Below are positions 12,916 to 25,362 of a stretch of 64,000 bases of DNA, piece by piece. Below the pieces are notes generated by a model. It saw only the letters and a program-made list of their open reading frames with translations. It made no database searches and was not told the DNA's origin. The stretch comes from Somniosus microcephalus (Eukaryota): positions 10,974,001 through 11,038,000 of the forward strand of contig CM126220.1 in the NCBI GenBank assembly GCA_052327205.1, in the 5' to 3' direction. The translations under genes were made by a program, and so were the position numbers. Numbering within the stretch: the first letter of the stretch is position 1; every line of letters starts with the position of its first letter.

Positions 12916-15900
12916 CGAGCGTTACAGGTAGAGGCCCAACCTCTGGGCAAAAGGAAAGATGCACAATGCAGGGATAACTAAAACAACATAAAACATTTTA
13001 AAATGCCTTAATTTGCCTCTTCAACATGAGTGGTTTCAACTGAGAGTTCAGATGAAGGTGCACATTGCAACCTCACTGGAAAATTCAAGAGTGATGTCTT
13101 TTAATTTGTCCTAGTTATAACCCTATCTTTACCTTTCCTGGTGTATTAATTTAATTTGAACAAAACACTGGCGCAATAAACTGTTACTACAGTGGTTATC
13201 ATATGAATATGTGATGGAGCAAGTATAAATTACACTGTGTGCCGTCATCTGAAATGGATACTAGTTGGAATTGATCGGAATTAGCAGCTCCATCTTATAA
13301 GAATTGCTCAAAGTGTTTCCACTAAGAGCAGCAGGCCTTTAAATGGTAGGGTGTGGACTTCAGTTCACATTGCTTGCAGATGTGCATTGTAAAAGTAGTT
13401 TTTTTTATTGCTGGCTGTTAATATCCTTAGTTCTGTATAAACATAATGCTGAAGTGCTTTTATTCAACAAACATGACCCAGCAGTAATTAATTTCAGGTT
13501 TGCAGTACTGTAAATGGAAACCAGACATTGCTCAAATTGTAGTGTATGGTCTCCTGCTACAATCAAGGCAAGGTAAACAACATTAAGCATTTGGCTGCTC
13601 TTGACTGGGCCAACACGAGGCTGAAGTCATGGTTTTGTACGGAGGGCAGTCTTGTCATCTGCGTCATAGGAATCTTATGCACAGAACATTGTTGTTCAGC
13701 TTTTTTTTTAAAAGTCTTTCTGTGATGTGGCGATGCTGTGGGAAGGAAGGAACAATCAGCATGTCTGGGGACTGCCAAACAACTTGCTCAGCTGGGTTGA
13801 ATTAACTTAAAATAGAATACATGTGCTTTTCACGCAACTGAAATCCTTTGATGTTTGAAAGATGTGCTGTACCAAGAGAAATGAGCTTGAAAGCTGGACA
13901 CTGCAGGTGTGTTATCACTTTGATGGGGACTTGTTAGTCAGCATCATGCTTTCTGCACTGGGGAGGGAAGTAACATGTGGATTAGACAGTTGGAGCAGTG
14001 ATTACTGCTAATGGCAAAGAAACTGCCATGCACTGAAGGGAGCAAATATGGCGCTAACTGCTGTTAATGTTAGCAAAAGCCTTAGAAGCTCTAGTTGCTC
14101 CCCAGTGGTTCACTTTACAGCGTACAAAGTCCATTTAATCCATAAAGCTTGATAGAGTGTGCATGGTCCCTAGTTTCATCACAGGAGTGTCAGAAAATTC
14201 ATTGCACATCTGCACTGGAAAAGAAAGGTGTAAGCGGCCAAGAACCATTTCATAAAAGCTAAAGACAAAAATGCACAGATGGCAGGAGCTGCTGCAGCTG
14301 TGGTTGGTATTTAACTACTATTTTATTGGTAAAATATGGGGGGTGAAAAACTGTGTGGGATTCATTAGGCAAGCCTGCTGTGGTTCTGATCAGCACGCCA
14401 ATCTGCATGGCGTGGCTCAGATCCAGACATAGTGCTATAAATTTTAAACAGCATCTTAAATCAAAGCCCCAGGCCTGTCGCGCACTCTCCTTTCTTTATG
14501 CCCTTTTTAAATCTTGATTGTTCCAGAAGAATATGAAACGGCAGAGAAGTATGTTATGTCATAAAAGTGCAATCCATTACCCCAGAGTTTCTCCATCTGC
14601 TTCCATGGGCGTTCTGGGAGCCTTTGTGATTATGAAGGAATTCTCTTAGGCCATTACCAGGAAGAGGAAAAAGGCTTACTGTAGACAGCTTAATGGACTA
14701 ATTTGTAACTGGAAGGGGGAAAAATGAGTTGTTGGCTGTGGTTTAATTTGACAGAGAGTGGCAGCACAAATGCTAAATGTGATGAGTGAGCAGACATGCT
14801 CATTTGTGCAGTGCACTTTACAGGGCCTCCTAGTATTCTCCTGAGCATCGTCACAATTATGTTTCTTCCTCGCAGTCTGCAAGGAATGGAAAATGCACAG
14901 TAAAACAAGGCTCAGAGGACTGTTAAAAAGAATGGGGCTGACAGAAGTGGCTACATCCTCTCTAACTTATTCATGTGGGCCTTGAGAAATACAAATTGCA
15001 ATCAGTGCTTTGCGCTTGGTAATGTTTCTTTTGATGATCATGTTTTTTAATGAACAAGCCTGTTAGTGATTTTGCACGATGACCCCAGAAGAACTGTGGC
15101 TCACTTTGGAGCTTTGCGCTCCGATGAAGTACCTGATAAAGCGCCATCAAGGCAAATAGAATGGCACATTAATGTTATCACCACCTATTTAAAAGCGTAC
15201 TGCAGTAATTGCTCAGTTTTGCCACCAGTTGTTTGCCATAAAGTGCAATAATGTGAGTGCTGATTATGTGCTTATAAAGACATACTAATACCATGATGGA
15301 TTCATTTAAACTAATAGATTTTTTTTACCTCTCTTTTCCACCCCCCCCCCCCCGGCCCCAAAGCATGTCACCTTGGGTTCAGGGGGAGACTGTGTGAATG
15401 GAAACTTGCTTAAAGTTGTTGCACATCGAGCTGGCATCCAAGCAAGTTTCTCTTATTCTGGGAAAGAGGAAAAAACACCTTGCTGGCTCAGAGGCACACT
15501 GGGTTCGGTTGTCGAGACAGCAAGGCTCCTATTCACTCCTTTTCCCTCCTTGGCTTTCAGCTGGCTTCATCTGTTCCAAGGCCCCAAGGGCTTTAACAAG
15601 CACTAGATTGTTAGTGACAATCAGACACTTTAACACTTAAGGTAGAAGGTTTGATTTAATCGCTGAGCTGTCATTTATTATTTGTCTGCTGTGTTCCACA
15701 GGGGCGACTGCTGATCAAATGCCTACTCCCAGGAGCACAGTTTTTTTTTGTTATGTCTAAATCCTCAATACAAATTGCTGAGCTCCCTGTGGTCCCATTG
15801 GGACCCATTACTGCCTGTGGGGCATTAAAGATCATTAATAGTGCTGTCAGCAAGGTAGCCAGTTGGTTATCTTCTCATAAATAGGAAATTAATACATTGA

Positions 15901-16799
15901 CTTCATTAATAATACCGTGTGTAGCTATTTTGTTCCCTGGTGAGCAGACAATGTATGGGTCTGTGTTTGTGGGTAATGTGATAAGACATAACTCTAAATT
16001 AGCATCAAATGTCTTGATTCAGGAGCAAGGACTCAATTACTCAGGAGATTTTTATTTCCAAACCTTCATTTGCATTGTTTGATAGTAGAAAGGCACCAAT
16101 TTGCCGCATTGTTAGTGCTTTATTAATTTGGCTATCCAGTTTCGGCTGCAGTTGGCATTCAGGCAAAGAGGAAAAATGCCTCTGGTTCAGCAGAGGGTCA
16201 GTGCTCTCGTTGCTCACAGGAAAGGTGATGTTCCTTAATGAGGGTAAAGGATATCATTATTTTATGCGTTGTTTCGTTTTGTTAGCTGATAAGAGGAAAA
16301 GCTATTCATTACGCTTTTCGCTGTTATCCTGAAGGTCATACCTGTTGGCGGGAGCCTTTTAGAATGCAGAAGTAAATTGTCTCAGGGGCCCTTTAAAAGA
16401 AAGCTTACCTTTCACAAGTGCTTCTGTTCTTCTGCAGTGTGTTAATAAAATGTAACGTTCAAAAATGTCCACCTGGATGCAGAACATAATCCCGTCTGCC
16501 AAAATCATATCCAGTTTAGTGTTCGCTTTGTTGTGGTTGCACAAAAAATTTGCATTTGATTTCCTTAAATGCGATAACAGAAGAGTTATTAAAATCCAAG
16601 TCATTCCGTCTGATTATTGGTCGTGTTAATTAGAAAGGGCTGCTGGACTGCTACAGCACTTCTCATTTAGTTGATCCTTTTTGGAGCTTTACCAGGCAGC
16701 AGAAAGATCAGTATGAATGTTAAACATTCAGTGTGAATAAACCAGGTGCCAAACTATGCTGAGATTTTGTATGTAGTCTGAGCCATTTTTACATTGCAG

Positions 16800-16896
16800 T
16801 GTAAGAACTGTGTGGAAGTTACATTGCGATGCAACATATGGCACCTCCTGTTACAGAAGCCACCATGTTTTTGTACTTGAAGGAGGAAGATTCAAG
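16800..16896 (+). other. Candidate exon of the host gene (5' UTR or small coding exon)
   Basis: Acceptor-like TTTTTACATTGCAG ending at 16799 (alternative TTACAG at 16856), consensus donor AAG|GTAAGT at 16897, and a perfect Kozak GCCACCATG (ATG 16865, MFLYLKEEDS…). Lies at the end of a TE-free block. Gene not recognised. Confidence 0.4.
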
Positions 16897-17101
16897 GTAA
16901 GTGTTGGTACGGCATAAATTATGTGAAATGTATACAGTGGGAGAAATATCTTTTACTGATGTGCTGAATTACAGATTTACCATTCAAATTATAATGTTTA
17001 TAAACATATATGCAGCAGCTGTGCCATACTAGTAGCATGATACCATGAATATTTCCATGGTCATAACTATTGTTTGGGCTTGGACTACTTTACTACTAAC
17101 A

Positions 17102-17546
17102 AGTGTCAGCCGTGGCTCAGTGGGCAGCACCCTCGCCTCTGAATCAGAAGGTTGTGGGTTCAAGTCCCACTCCAGAGACTTGAGCACAAAAATCCAGGCT
17201 GACATTCCAATGCAGTACTGAGGGAGTGCTGCACTGTCGGAGGTGCCGCCTTTCAGATGAGATGTTAAACCGAGGCCCCATCTGCTCTCTCAGGTGGACG
17301 TAAAAAACCCCATGGCACTATATTGAAGAAGAGCAGGAAAGTTCTCCCCGGTGTCCTGGCCAGTATTTATCCCTCACTCAACATCACTGAAACAGATTAT
17401 CTGGTCATTGTCACATTGCTGTTTGTGGGTGCCGCGTTCCCTACTTTACAGCAATGACTGCACTTCAAAAGTACTTCATTGGCTTTAAAGTACTTTGGGA
17501 CGTCCTGAGGTCATGAAAGGCGCTATATAAATGCAAGTCTTTTTTC
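17102..17546 (+). mobile_element. SacSINE1-type DeuSINE, full length
   Basis: AGTGTCAGCCGTGGCTCAGTGG…GGTTCAAGTCCC (A/B boxes), Deu core GGAGGTGCCG.CTTTCAGATGAGA…, tail GGCGCTATATAAATGCAAGTCTT. Confidence 0.9.
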
Positions 17547-18421
17547 TTAATTAAACCAAGCCCCTGTCTGCCTGTTCATGTGGACTTTAAAAGTTTCCAC
17601 AGCACTATGACTCCAGCCATGGAGAGTTTTCCCTTTGACCCTCATTGACCTAATTTTCCTTGATACCTTACTGGGTTGAAAATCAAGGGCAGCTACTCTT
17701 GCCCCTCCTTTGGCATTCAGTTCTTGTCCTTGGCTGGATCAAGGTTGTGACGAGTTCTAGAGCTGAGTGGTGCTGGAGGATACCCAAACTGAGCATTGGT
17801 GAACAGGTTATTGGTGAGTATGCGTTGCTTAATGGCGCTATTGATGACTCCTTCCATCTGCTGATGATTGGGAAGATGCTGATGGTGCAGTAATTGGCCA
17901 GGTTAGATTTATCCTTTTTTTTGTGAATAGAACACACCTGGACAATCTTCCACATTGTTGGTTAGATGACATCGTCATAGGTGTACTAAGACTGTTTGGC
18001 TTGTGGGGCAGCTAGCTCTGGTGCACAGGTCTTTAGCATTACAGCTGGAATGTTGTCAAGGCCCATAGTCTTTGCTGTGTGCATTGCACTCAGTCGCTTC
18101 TTACTGTCATCTGTGATCTTATGGACCTTGGGAGAAACCTAAGTAGGATCATCCACTCAGCACTTTTGGCTGAGGCAATTGCAAACACTTCAGCCTTCTC
18201 TCTTGCACGTGCATGCTGGGCTCACAATGCTTGAGGATGGGGATATTTACAGAGCCTTCTCCTGTTAGTTGCCTGGTTGTCCATGACCATTCTCGACTGG
18301 ATATGGTAGGACTACAGAGCTTTGATCTGTTGGTTGTGGGCCCACTTATTTCTGCCTATAGCTTGCTGCTTTTGGTATTTAGCATGCAAGTAATCCTGTA
18401 TAGTAGCTTCACTAGGTTGGT

Positions 18422-18729
18422 ACAACAATAACAAAAACCCCTGCATTTATATAGCGCCTTTGACGTCGTAAAATGTCCCACGGCACTTTGCAGGAGTGGT
18501 ATCAAACAAAATTTGACACTGAGCCAAATCAGATTTTAGAACAGAGATAGGTTTTATGGAAGAAAGATAGGTAGAGAGGCGGAGAGGTTTAGGGAGGGAA
18601 TTCCAGAGCTTAGGGCCTAGGCAGCTGAAGGCACAGCCGCCAATGGTGGAGCAATTAAATTCGGAGATGTGCAAGAGACCAGACTTTGAGGAACGTAGAG
18701 ATCTCGGAGTGTTATAGGACTGGAGGAGG
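18422..18729 (-). mobile_element. L2-clade LINE 3' fragment (nested)
   Basis: YLLQSYNTPRSLRSS…GGCAFSCLGPKLWNSLP and the reverse-complement tail TGCATTTATATAGCGCC. Confidence 0.8.
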
Positions 18730-18796
18730 TATCTTATTCTGAGGAATGCCTGGTGCTGTTCCTGGCTGGCCCTTCTACAATCCTTATAGAACCAGG

Positions 18797-19227
18797 AATA
18801 ACAACAGAAAATGCTGGAAAAACTCAGCAGGCCAGGCAACATCCGTGGAGAGAAATTAGTGTCGACGTTTCGGGTCTAACCCTTTTTCAAAACTGGAAAG
18901 GAAATGAAATAGATCGAAAGGCCAGGCTGGGAGAGAACAAAAGAAGTGAAGAGACATTAAGAGGTATTCAAAACCAGACGAGATGGTGATAGGACAGTGG
19001 AGACAAAAGACGGCTCAGATTAGGTGTGAAGTGTTCTGGCAGAATGAGAGACAGCTGCCATGTGGGAGAGAAAAAAAAGGGGGGGAAGGCCCAAAACAAA
19101 GATGTGGATGACCCCGAAACGTCGACTCTATTTTCTCTCCACGGATGTTGCCTGGCCTGCTGAGTTTTTCCAGCATTTTCTGTTGTTATTTCGGATTTCC
19201 AGCATCTGCAGTATTTTGCTATCGTTC
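18797..19227. mobile_element. Penelope-like-derived element with long inverted arms and 10-bp TSD
   Basis: About 80-bp inverted arms (18797-18877 vs 19110-19190); direct repeat TAGAACCAGG at 18787-18796 and 19228-19237. Confidence 0.8.
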
Positions 19228-19965
19228 TAGAACCAGGGTTGGTTTCCCAGTTTGATGGTAATCACAGAGTGAGAAATATGTCGGGCCACGAGGCTACTGA
19301 TTTGTGGTGACCTACATTGCCTCATGGATGCCCAGTTTGGACTGCTAGGTCTGTCCTTAGTCTGTCCCACTTAACATGGTGGTAGTGCCACATTAGGATG
19401 TCCTCACTGTGGAGGCAAGACTTTGTCTTCACAAGGACCTTGCGGTGGTTTACTCCAACCAGTGCTATTGTGGAGATACAGGTCTGCAACAGATAGGTTG
19501 GTGAGGTGAAGGTAAAATAGGTTACCTCTTCATGTTGGTTCCCTGATGCAGGCTCAGTCTGGCAGCTGTATCATTCAGGACTTAGCAGCTTGGTCAATCA
19601 TGATTCTACTGAGCCACACTTTGATGTCCCTAGAGGACATTCTATCCCCTTGCTTCCCTCAATTGTTCCTCTAAGTGATGTTCAACATGAAGGATAACTG
19701 AGAGGGGCAGTAGGTGGTGATCAGCAGGATGTTTCTTTGAACTTGTTTGACCTGAAGCCATACAGCAATATGTAGAATTGATGTTGAGGACCCCCAGGGC
19801 CAAGCCCTGAATACCACTGCTGAGTCTATCAAGTGGCACAGGACACATCCAGGGATGGTGATGGAGGAGTCTGTGATGTTGGCTCATAGATATGATTCTG
19901 TGAATATGATTATATCAGGCCGTGGTGAGATTTAAACTCTCAGCCTCTGGATTGTTAGTCCAGTA

Positions 19966-20288
19966 CAGGAAACTTTCAATTAACCGGCCACTAAATAACC
20001 GGAAATGTCGGTTAACCGGCAAAATTCAGGAGTAGGTTCAGATAACTTTTTTTACTTTTAGTTACTTTTTTTTACTCATTTCTGGCTGTGCAAGCGCCTA
20101 ACTGAAGCTGTTGCTAAGCTACAGAGACGCTTGCAAGCTGTGCTGATTGTTTTGAAGCTGTTGGGTTTGTTGCTTTAGACGGAGCGCTGAGCTCCGTATC
20201 TTTTAACTATAGCGCTTGATTCTCTGGCATTGTTGATAGACCGGCACCAGCTTGGTCCCGTCCGTGCCGGATACCAGAAAGTTTCCTG
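19966..20288. mobile_element. Tc1/mariner (Tigger/pogo-like) MITE
   Basis: TA|CAGGAAACTTTC … GAAAGTTTCCTG|TA: 12-bp perfect TIRs with TA target duplication; internal (T)AACCGG repeats. Confidence 0.8.
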
Positions 20289-20975
20289 TACCATAATCAC
20301 TAGGCTGCAGCATACATGAATACTCTGTGAAAAGACACTATATAAATGCAAGTTCATTCTTGTCCCCTGAATGCCCACAGTTAATTTCCCAGCACTTCTC
20401 TAACCCAGTCTCCAACCTCCTCAGAAACATATATAATTCCCAAGACTGTCTCTGGCCCAAAAATGGTTTGCTAATATAAACTACTTTTAGCTCTGTGACT
20501 TTATACAAAAATTAAAATAATTTTTCAAATTAACTGTTGGGCATTACATAAAACTTATTCTCCCGTTGGCACAGTTGATTCTATTAAAAATGCCTAATAT
20601 TCTATGTAAAATGTAGACTATGGCAGCCAGGCTGCTCTTAAAGCCTGCTGTGCAGAAATGAAACAGTAAACATGGAAGTGGGAAACCATACAACTGCAGA
20701 CATAAATTTTCAAGATGTTTCATTAGTGTGGCAGGCTTTTATGGCACTCACTGCATAATGGCCCAGCAGCGACAGCATTTATCGCACACCTAAAACACTC
20801 TTCTCAACATAGATATTACCTCTTAAATATAATAGTATTATCACCAGTTTTTTTCATGAAGCTGAAATACTAAGGCAATAATACAACGACCTGCAAATGT
20901 TTTAACTTAAAGTGGGATTCTAATATATTAGTTATGGACCTACAAATACTACTGTCAAAAGTGCAATCTAATTAA

Positions 20976-21143
20976 TACGATAGCAAAATACTGCAGATGT
21001 TGGAAATCCGAAATAACAACAGAAAATGCTGGAAAAACTCAGCAAGTTTTGAAGAAGGGTCAAACCCGAAACGTCAACTCAAATTTCTCTCCACGGATGT
21101 TGCCTGACTTGCTGAGTTTTTCCAGCATTTTCTGTTGTTATTT
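20976..21143. mobile_element. Penelope-like-derived hairpin element with 14-bp TSD
   Basis: Same family as 18797-19227 in the opposite orientation; inverted arms AAATAACAACAGAAAATGCTGGAAAAACTCAGCAAG; direct repeat TGCAATCTAATTAA at 20962-20975 and 21144-21157. Confidence 0.8.
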
Positions 21144-22559
21144 TGCAATCTAATTAACATTGCTTATACTACAACGTAGACTTATTATTAAGTCTTTTAC
21201 ATTGTATTAATATTTTAATGAAACCTGCTGTAACACTATGTAATAAATGTCCACTTTCAACTATTTCTATTTATTATTTGAAGAAAGTTACAATAGTATT
21301 TATATTTAGAGCAACATGATAAAATGTTGTCTTTATAAGTTATATAGTGAAATATTGAGCATGTACAAAAACAGATTACCTATATAAATGTACTTTCCAG
21401 TAATCTACATTATCAGAATATATAGATCTCTTCTAATTACATCCTTTTCAGTCAGTAGTTAAATGTTCTTTTCTTCAAGTTTGTTTTCCAGCAACGTATG
21501 CAAGGAAATGAAGTGTGTATGTAATAAATTCTAAGATTAGACGAGAGATTACAGTGGTCTCATTGGTAACCTACAGGAAGGAGCTTAGGTTTTGCATAGA
21601 TATTTCCAGATCAAAGCTTTCCCCTTCAATTTTGCCATTTGCCTGAATATTGCTATAAACAATTTCTGGCTTTCTGTAAGGAAGTCAGATAATCTTAGCT
21701 GATTTGCGGTTGCCCCTTTATTGGCTTGCCAACTGCTGATTTCTGTGATTCAAAAGGAGGGAGGACATATGTTGAAATTTCTGACCTAAAATTTTAACTG
21801 CTGAGAAGTGGAATATAGACGTGTTGCCCTTTGAAAACAAAGTGTACATGGCAGCTTTCATGAAAGCTAAAATTCCCCTGTAATTATGGCTTGCAAAACA
21901 TATGCTGTGTAAAGTATGTCATAAGCGTTGTGAAGAAAGATGAGATCACAACGTTACACCCTGAATATTGCTTTATCAATAGAGTCCTGCTGATGTGCAA
22001 CGAGCAAAAACATCGGTTTTGTCAAATTTGTTAAGTGTTGAAATGTGTTTTAGGGACTCTGTTCAATAAATACACGTATTTTTTAGGATAAGTTTTTGGA
22101 GACAGTTTGCTCCAGGACCGAGTGCATGCACTCTTCATTTCCAATTGACAGGGCAGAGGTTCAGGGAAACCCTTGCCTTTTTTTTTGGCTGGACAAATTC
22201 AGCTGAGAGAGGCTTCTCAGAGATTGGGCTCAAGGCAACCTAATTTTGTGGATACCACGGATGATTAGGTTGCTAGATGGGAACCAAGTCAGATTTGGTC
22301 CATTACAGCCATCAGTGCGAGAAGATCTTTCATCCTCTTTCCATGGGCTGGAACGGAAACAAACTTTCCAGAGCTCCCCAGTATCTGAGCTGCTATCCTT
22401 TTGCTGGTGTTTTGTGCTGTCATGTATCTACTTGACGCAAGCTAATCTATGCATAGCAGACTTCTCTACATTTGCAAGTTACAATATTTGGTTGGGCATT
22501 ACCACCAGGAAATTGATTGTTTCTCCTTTGTATTGTTTTTCCTTTTTCTCCCAGTTTTA

Positions 22560-22870
22560 TCTCCTCATCGCCTGCTCACTTTGGAGCCGTAGACTCCTTG
22601 CTGGAGTATGGTTCCATAGGGCACATACAGTACCTCATCCTTCTTCATGTCTGACCCCAGACAGTGACCAAAGGGGCACCTCCGCCAAGCCTGATCTATA
22701 CTCACTTGATGTGTGCAATTCCATAAGCGGTCTCTGGATAGCAATCAGGAAGCTGAGTCAGTTTTCCCCTCTCTAATTAAGGGGTGCTAACAGCCCTATC
22801 GCCACCCTGCTTGGGATTAGCTAACTCTGCATGGACAAGGATCGAAGCCGGGACCCTCTTCCCATGTTCA
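22560..22870 (-). mobile_element. Old SINE-like repeat (GAGTTAGCT core family)
   Basis: GATTAGCTAACTC…GGATCGAAGCCGGGACC is the reverse complement of the family head and core. Confidence 0.5.
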
Positions 22871-25362
22871 GTATTTTTTATTATTGCTGGCTTTCCTTTC
22901 TTTCTTTCTGACCTTTGCTGGTTTTTCTCTTCCCTTTCTTTTCTTTCTGTCAATCGTGAAGTACAAGTCACCTGAAGAAAGGAAAGTGCATAGTCAAGCA
23001 AGAAGGGCACGCAAGAGCTTCACTGAGGGCCGACTGGGATTGCCCCTTTTATATAAAGAAGGGCAATCGAGCTATCCTTGTCCATGCCTTGTTCCACCAT
23101 GAGATATTTTAAGGCACCTAATGAGATGTAGACTTTATAAAACAAAACACTTTGGCATTTGGGAGTGAGTACAGGTTGGCTGGGATCCCCCAATGCTCCA
23201 TACTAAGCTAATGTGTCAAGAACATTGTATAACACTAGTAAAAAAAAACGTTGTTCCAACTTCGCTCAGCAAATGTTCACACCAATGCTCCGTCTTTTTA
23301 AAATCCAAAACTGAAGCTTGGCTATAAATTTAAATTGCCATAAGAAAAGATCTTCTTCGGATTCCATTTTACACTCCAAGCACAATTTACACTTAATTCC
23401 ATGAGAGAGAAAATAGGGAATGCATTATTGTTTAATACTCTACAAATTATTTTATTATATTGTGACGTTTTAAGCCGTGTATTTGATTCAGAACATTTAA
23501 CTTTATCACGAAGCAGCAGCTGGCTGGTGCTACCACAACGGCTGAGTTCCTGAGAAAACTTCTACAGCGGCCGCTAAATAAACCATGAGGCACTAGCAGC
23601 TGTCAGGAAAATTGTAAGAGGCCCTTAACCAAGACACATGGATGTTTATAATTCACAGTTTGCAATTGTTGTCACCAGAGATTTGTATTTCCTCTTTGCA
23701 GGGGAAAAAAGGAAGGATAAAATTGGTACCATAACAGATACAGACTTTCCTTGTTTGAAAGATGGGATCCTATTATTTACTTAAGGAAATAGCTGGAGAT
23801 TTATTAATAACCTCTGGCAAGTGAAATAGCTTTAGTGATTTCCATATGTGACCTGGTCTGCAGTCCTCTTGGCTGATTGAGCATGCAGCTTGAACCAAGG
23901 ATCTGACCTTGCTTGTCTGAAGTGCTGTTGGTAGACTCCCAAATGTGGAGGCTAGCAAAACAAGTAATTTAACACTTTCAATTCGAGACACACAGCATCT
24001 TTACAAGGATGTGCGTTACAGATAGTTTAAAGTTACTGTAGTAATTGCAAAGGAAACTGCATAATAAGAGAGTGCGCCTTTTGTCCTACACAGATTGGAT
24101 TTAGAAAGTACCAGAAATCAGTTAACAGCAGACTCCGTTTGTTATTGGCCTTGGCGTATAGTTTGATGGTATTTCATATGATTTCAAAGCAACATTCCTG
24201 CTTTGCTCAGGAAAAGTACACAATGGTGCATGATTTATTCCTTTTGCTGCGATCTGCGGAGGACTTTAATTAATGGTTACCGTCCCGCATCTGAAGTCCC
24301 CGCAGGAGATGTTGACAAGTGTACGGAAGCTGCTTCCATATTTAGTGTACTTTTAGGTGTCAAAAATTGACCATGTCGCATCATTTCAAAGTTTACATTC
24401 TGTGCATTTGATTGGCTGAAATGCACCCTTTAAAACTGGTGATGTGCTTTAGAAAAGCTAGCTTTTTGATGGTTGCTTCCTGCCTCCAGTATAGAGATTC
24501 AGGAAGAAGAGGGTAACTGAAAAATGTATGAAGATTTTTTTTGTGAAAAGGTTATATAGAAAAATAGTTAGAAAAAAACCCTAAAATGTGATTTTTAAAA
24601 AGCACGAGATAATGAGGGAGCACGAGTGGAGGGGAGAGCAGTTAAGTGATTATTATTTTAATTGTATTTTAACTCCTGAAATTGCAACTTTTTATTACTC
24701 TATTAATACTACTTTTAACATCCCAAAGCATACAAAATCGTCTGGCTGGAGAGAGAGAAATTTTACTGCATCTGCTTGCAGTCCAAGAGTTAATATTGGC
24801 ACCTAGTTCTTTTGCATATACTGTATTGTGTTTTAGTGTACCACACTCCAAATTCAGCAACAATATATTAGTCTTGACAGTTTGTAACTTAACTTTATTT
24901 TCTCTCTCTCACCTCCCAAAGTATCAGATGGCTGAAATATGTGATTGCAGTGACGGTGGTATATTGGCATCATATAAAAGCTGGAATCCTTCATGCTGCC
25001 GTTTGCACATGAAGGATTCAGTGTGACTTGTTCTGCTCACTAAAATGAAGGATGGAACATTCTCCATTTATCAAGCGTACTTGGGTCAGTTATAGTAGGG
25101 GTGTTCAACCAATTGGAGCAATGGCTGGATCCATGAATCACAACGTGTAAGTAGGCATATGAGTGAAAGCCTTTGAGTCAGGCAGAATCTTGATGAACAC
25201 CACATCCAATTACCAATTTATTTTCCATTTTTTGGAGTCTTTTTGGATCACATCACTTCTACCTCCTTTTCTCCTCTTCCACCCTCTTTCTTTCTCGTTT
25301 ATTCTTTCTCATTCTTTTTTATTCTTTCTCTCACCTCCCTCTCTTTGACTCTCCAATTTCTC

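Larger units (their letters stand above)
17610..19925 (-). mobile_element. Degraded non-LTR retrotransposon (RT/endonuclease remnants) interrupted by younger elements
   Basis: ORF 17683-17955 WKIVQVCSIHKKKDKSNLANYCTISIFPIIS matches the RT N-terminal 'WK.A.V.P.HK…P.NYRPISL' motif; split by L2 (18422-18729) and an inverted-repeat element (18797-19227). Confidence 0.75.

Noticed and set aside
17102-17175. tRNA gene
   Set aside because: The A/B boxes belong to the SINE head and continue into the Deu core; no complete cloverleaf.
22246-22776. 176-aa ORF
   Set aside because: Non-ATG start, no recognisable domain, and it overlaps a degraded SINE.
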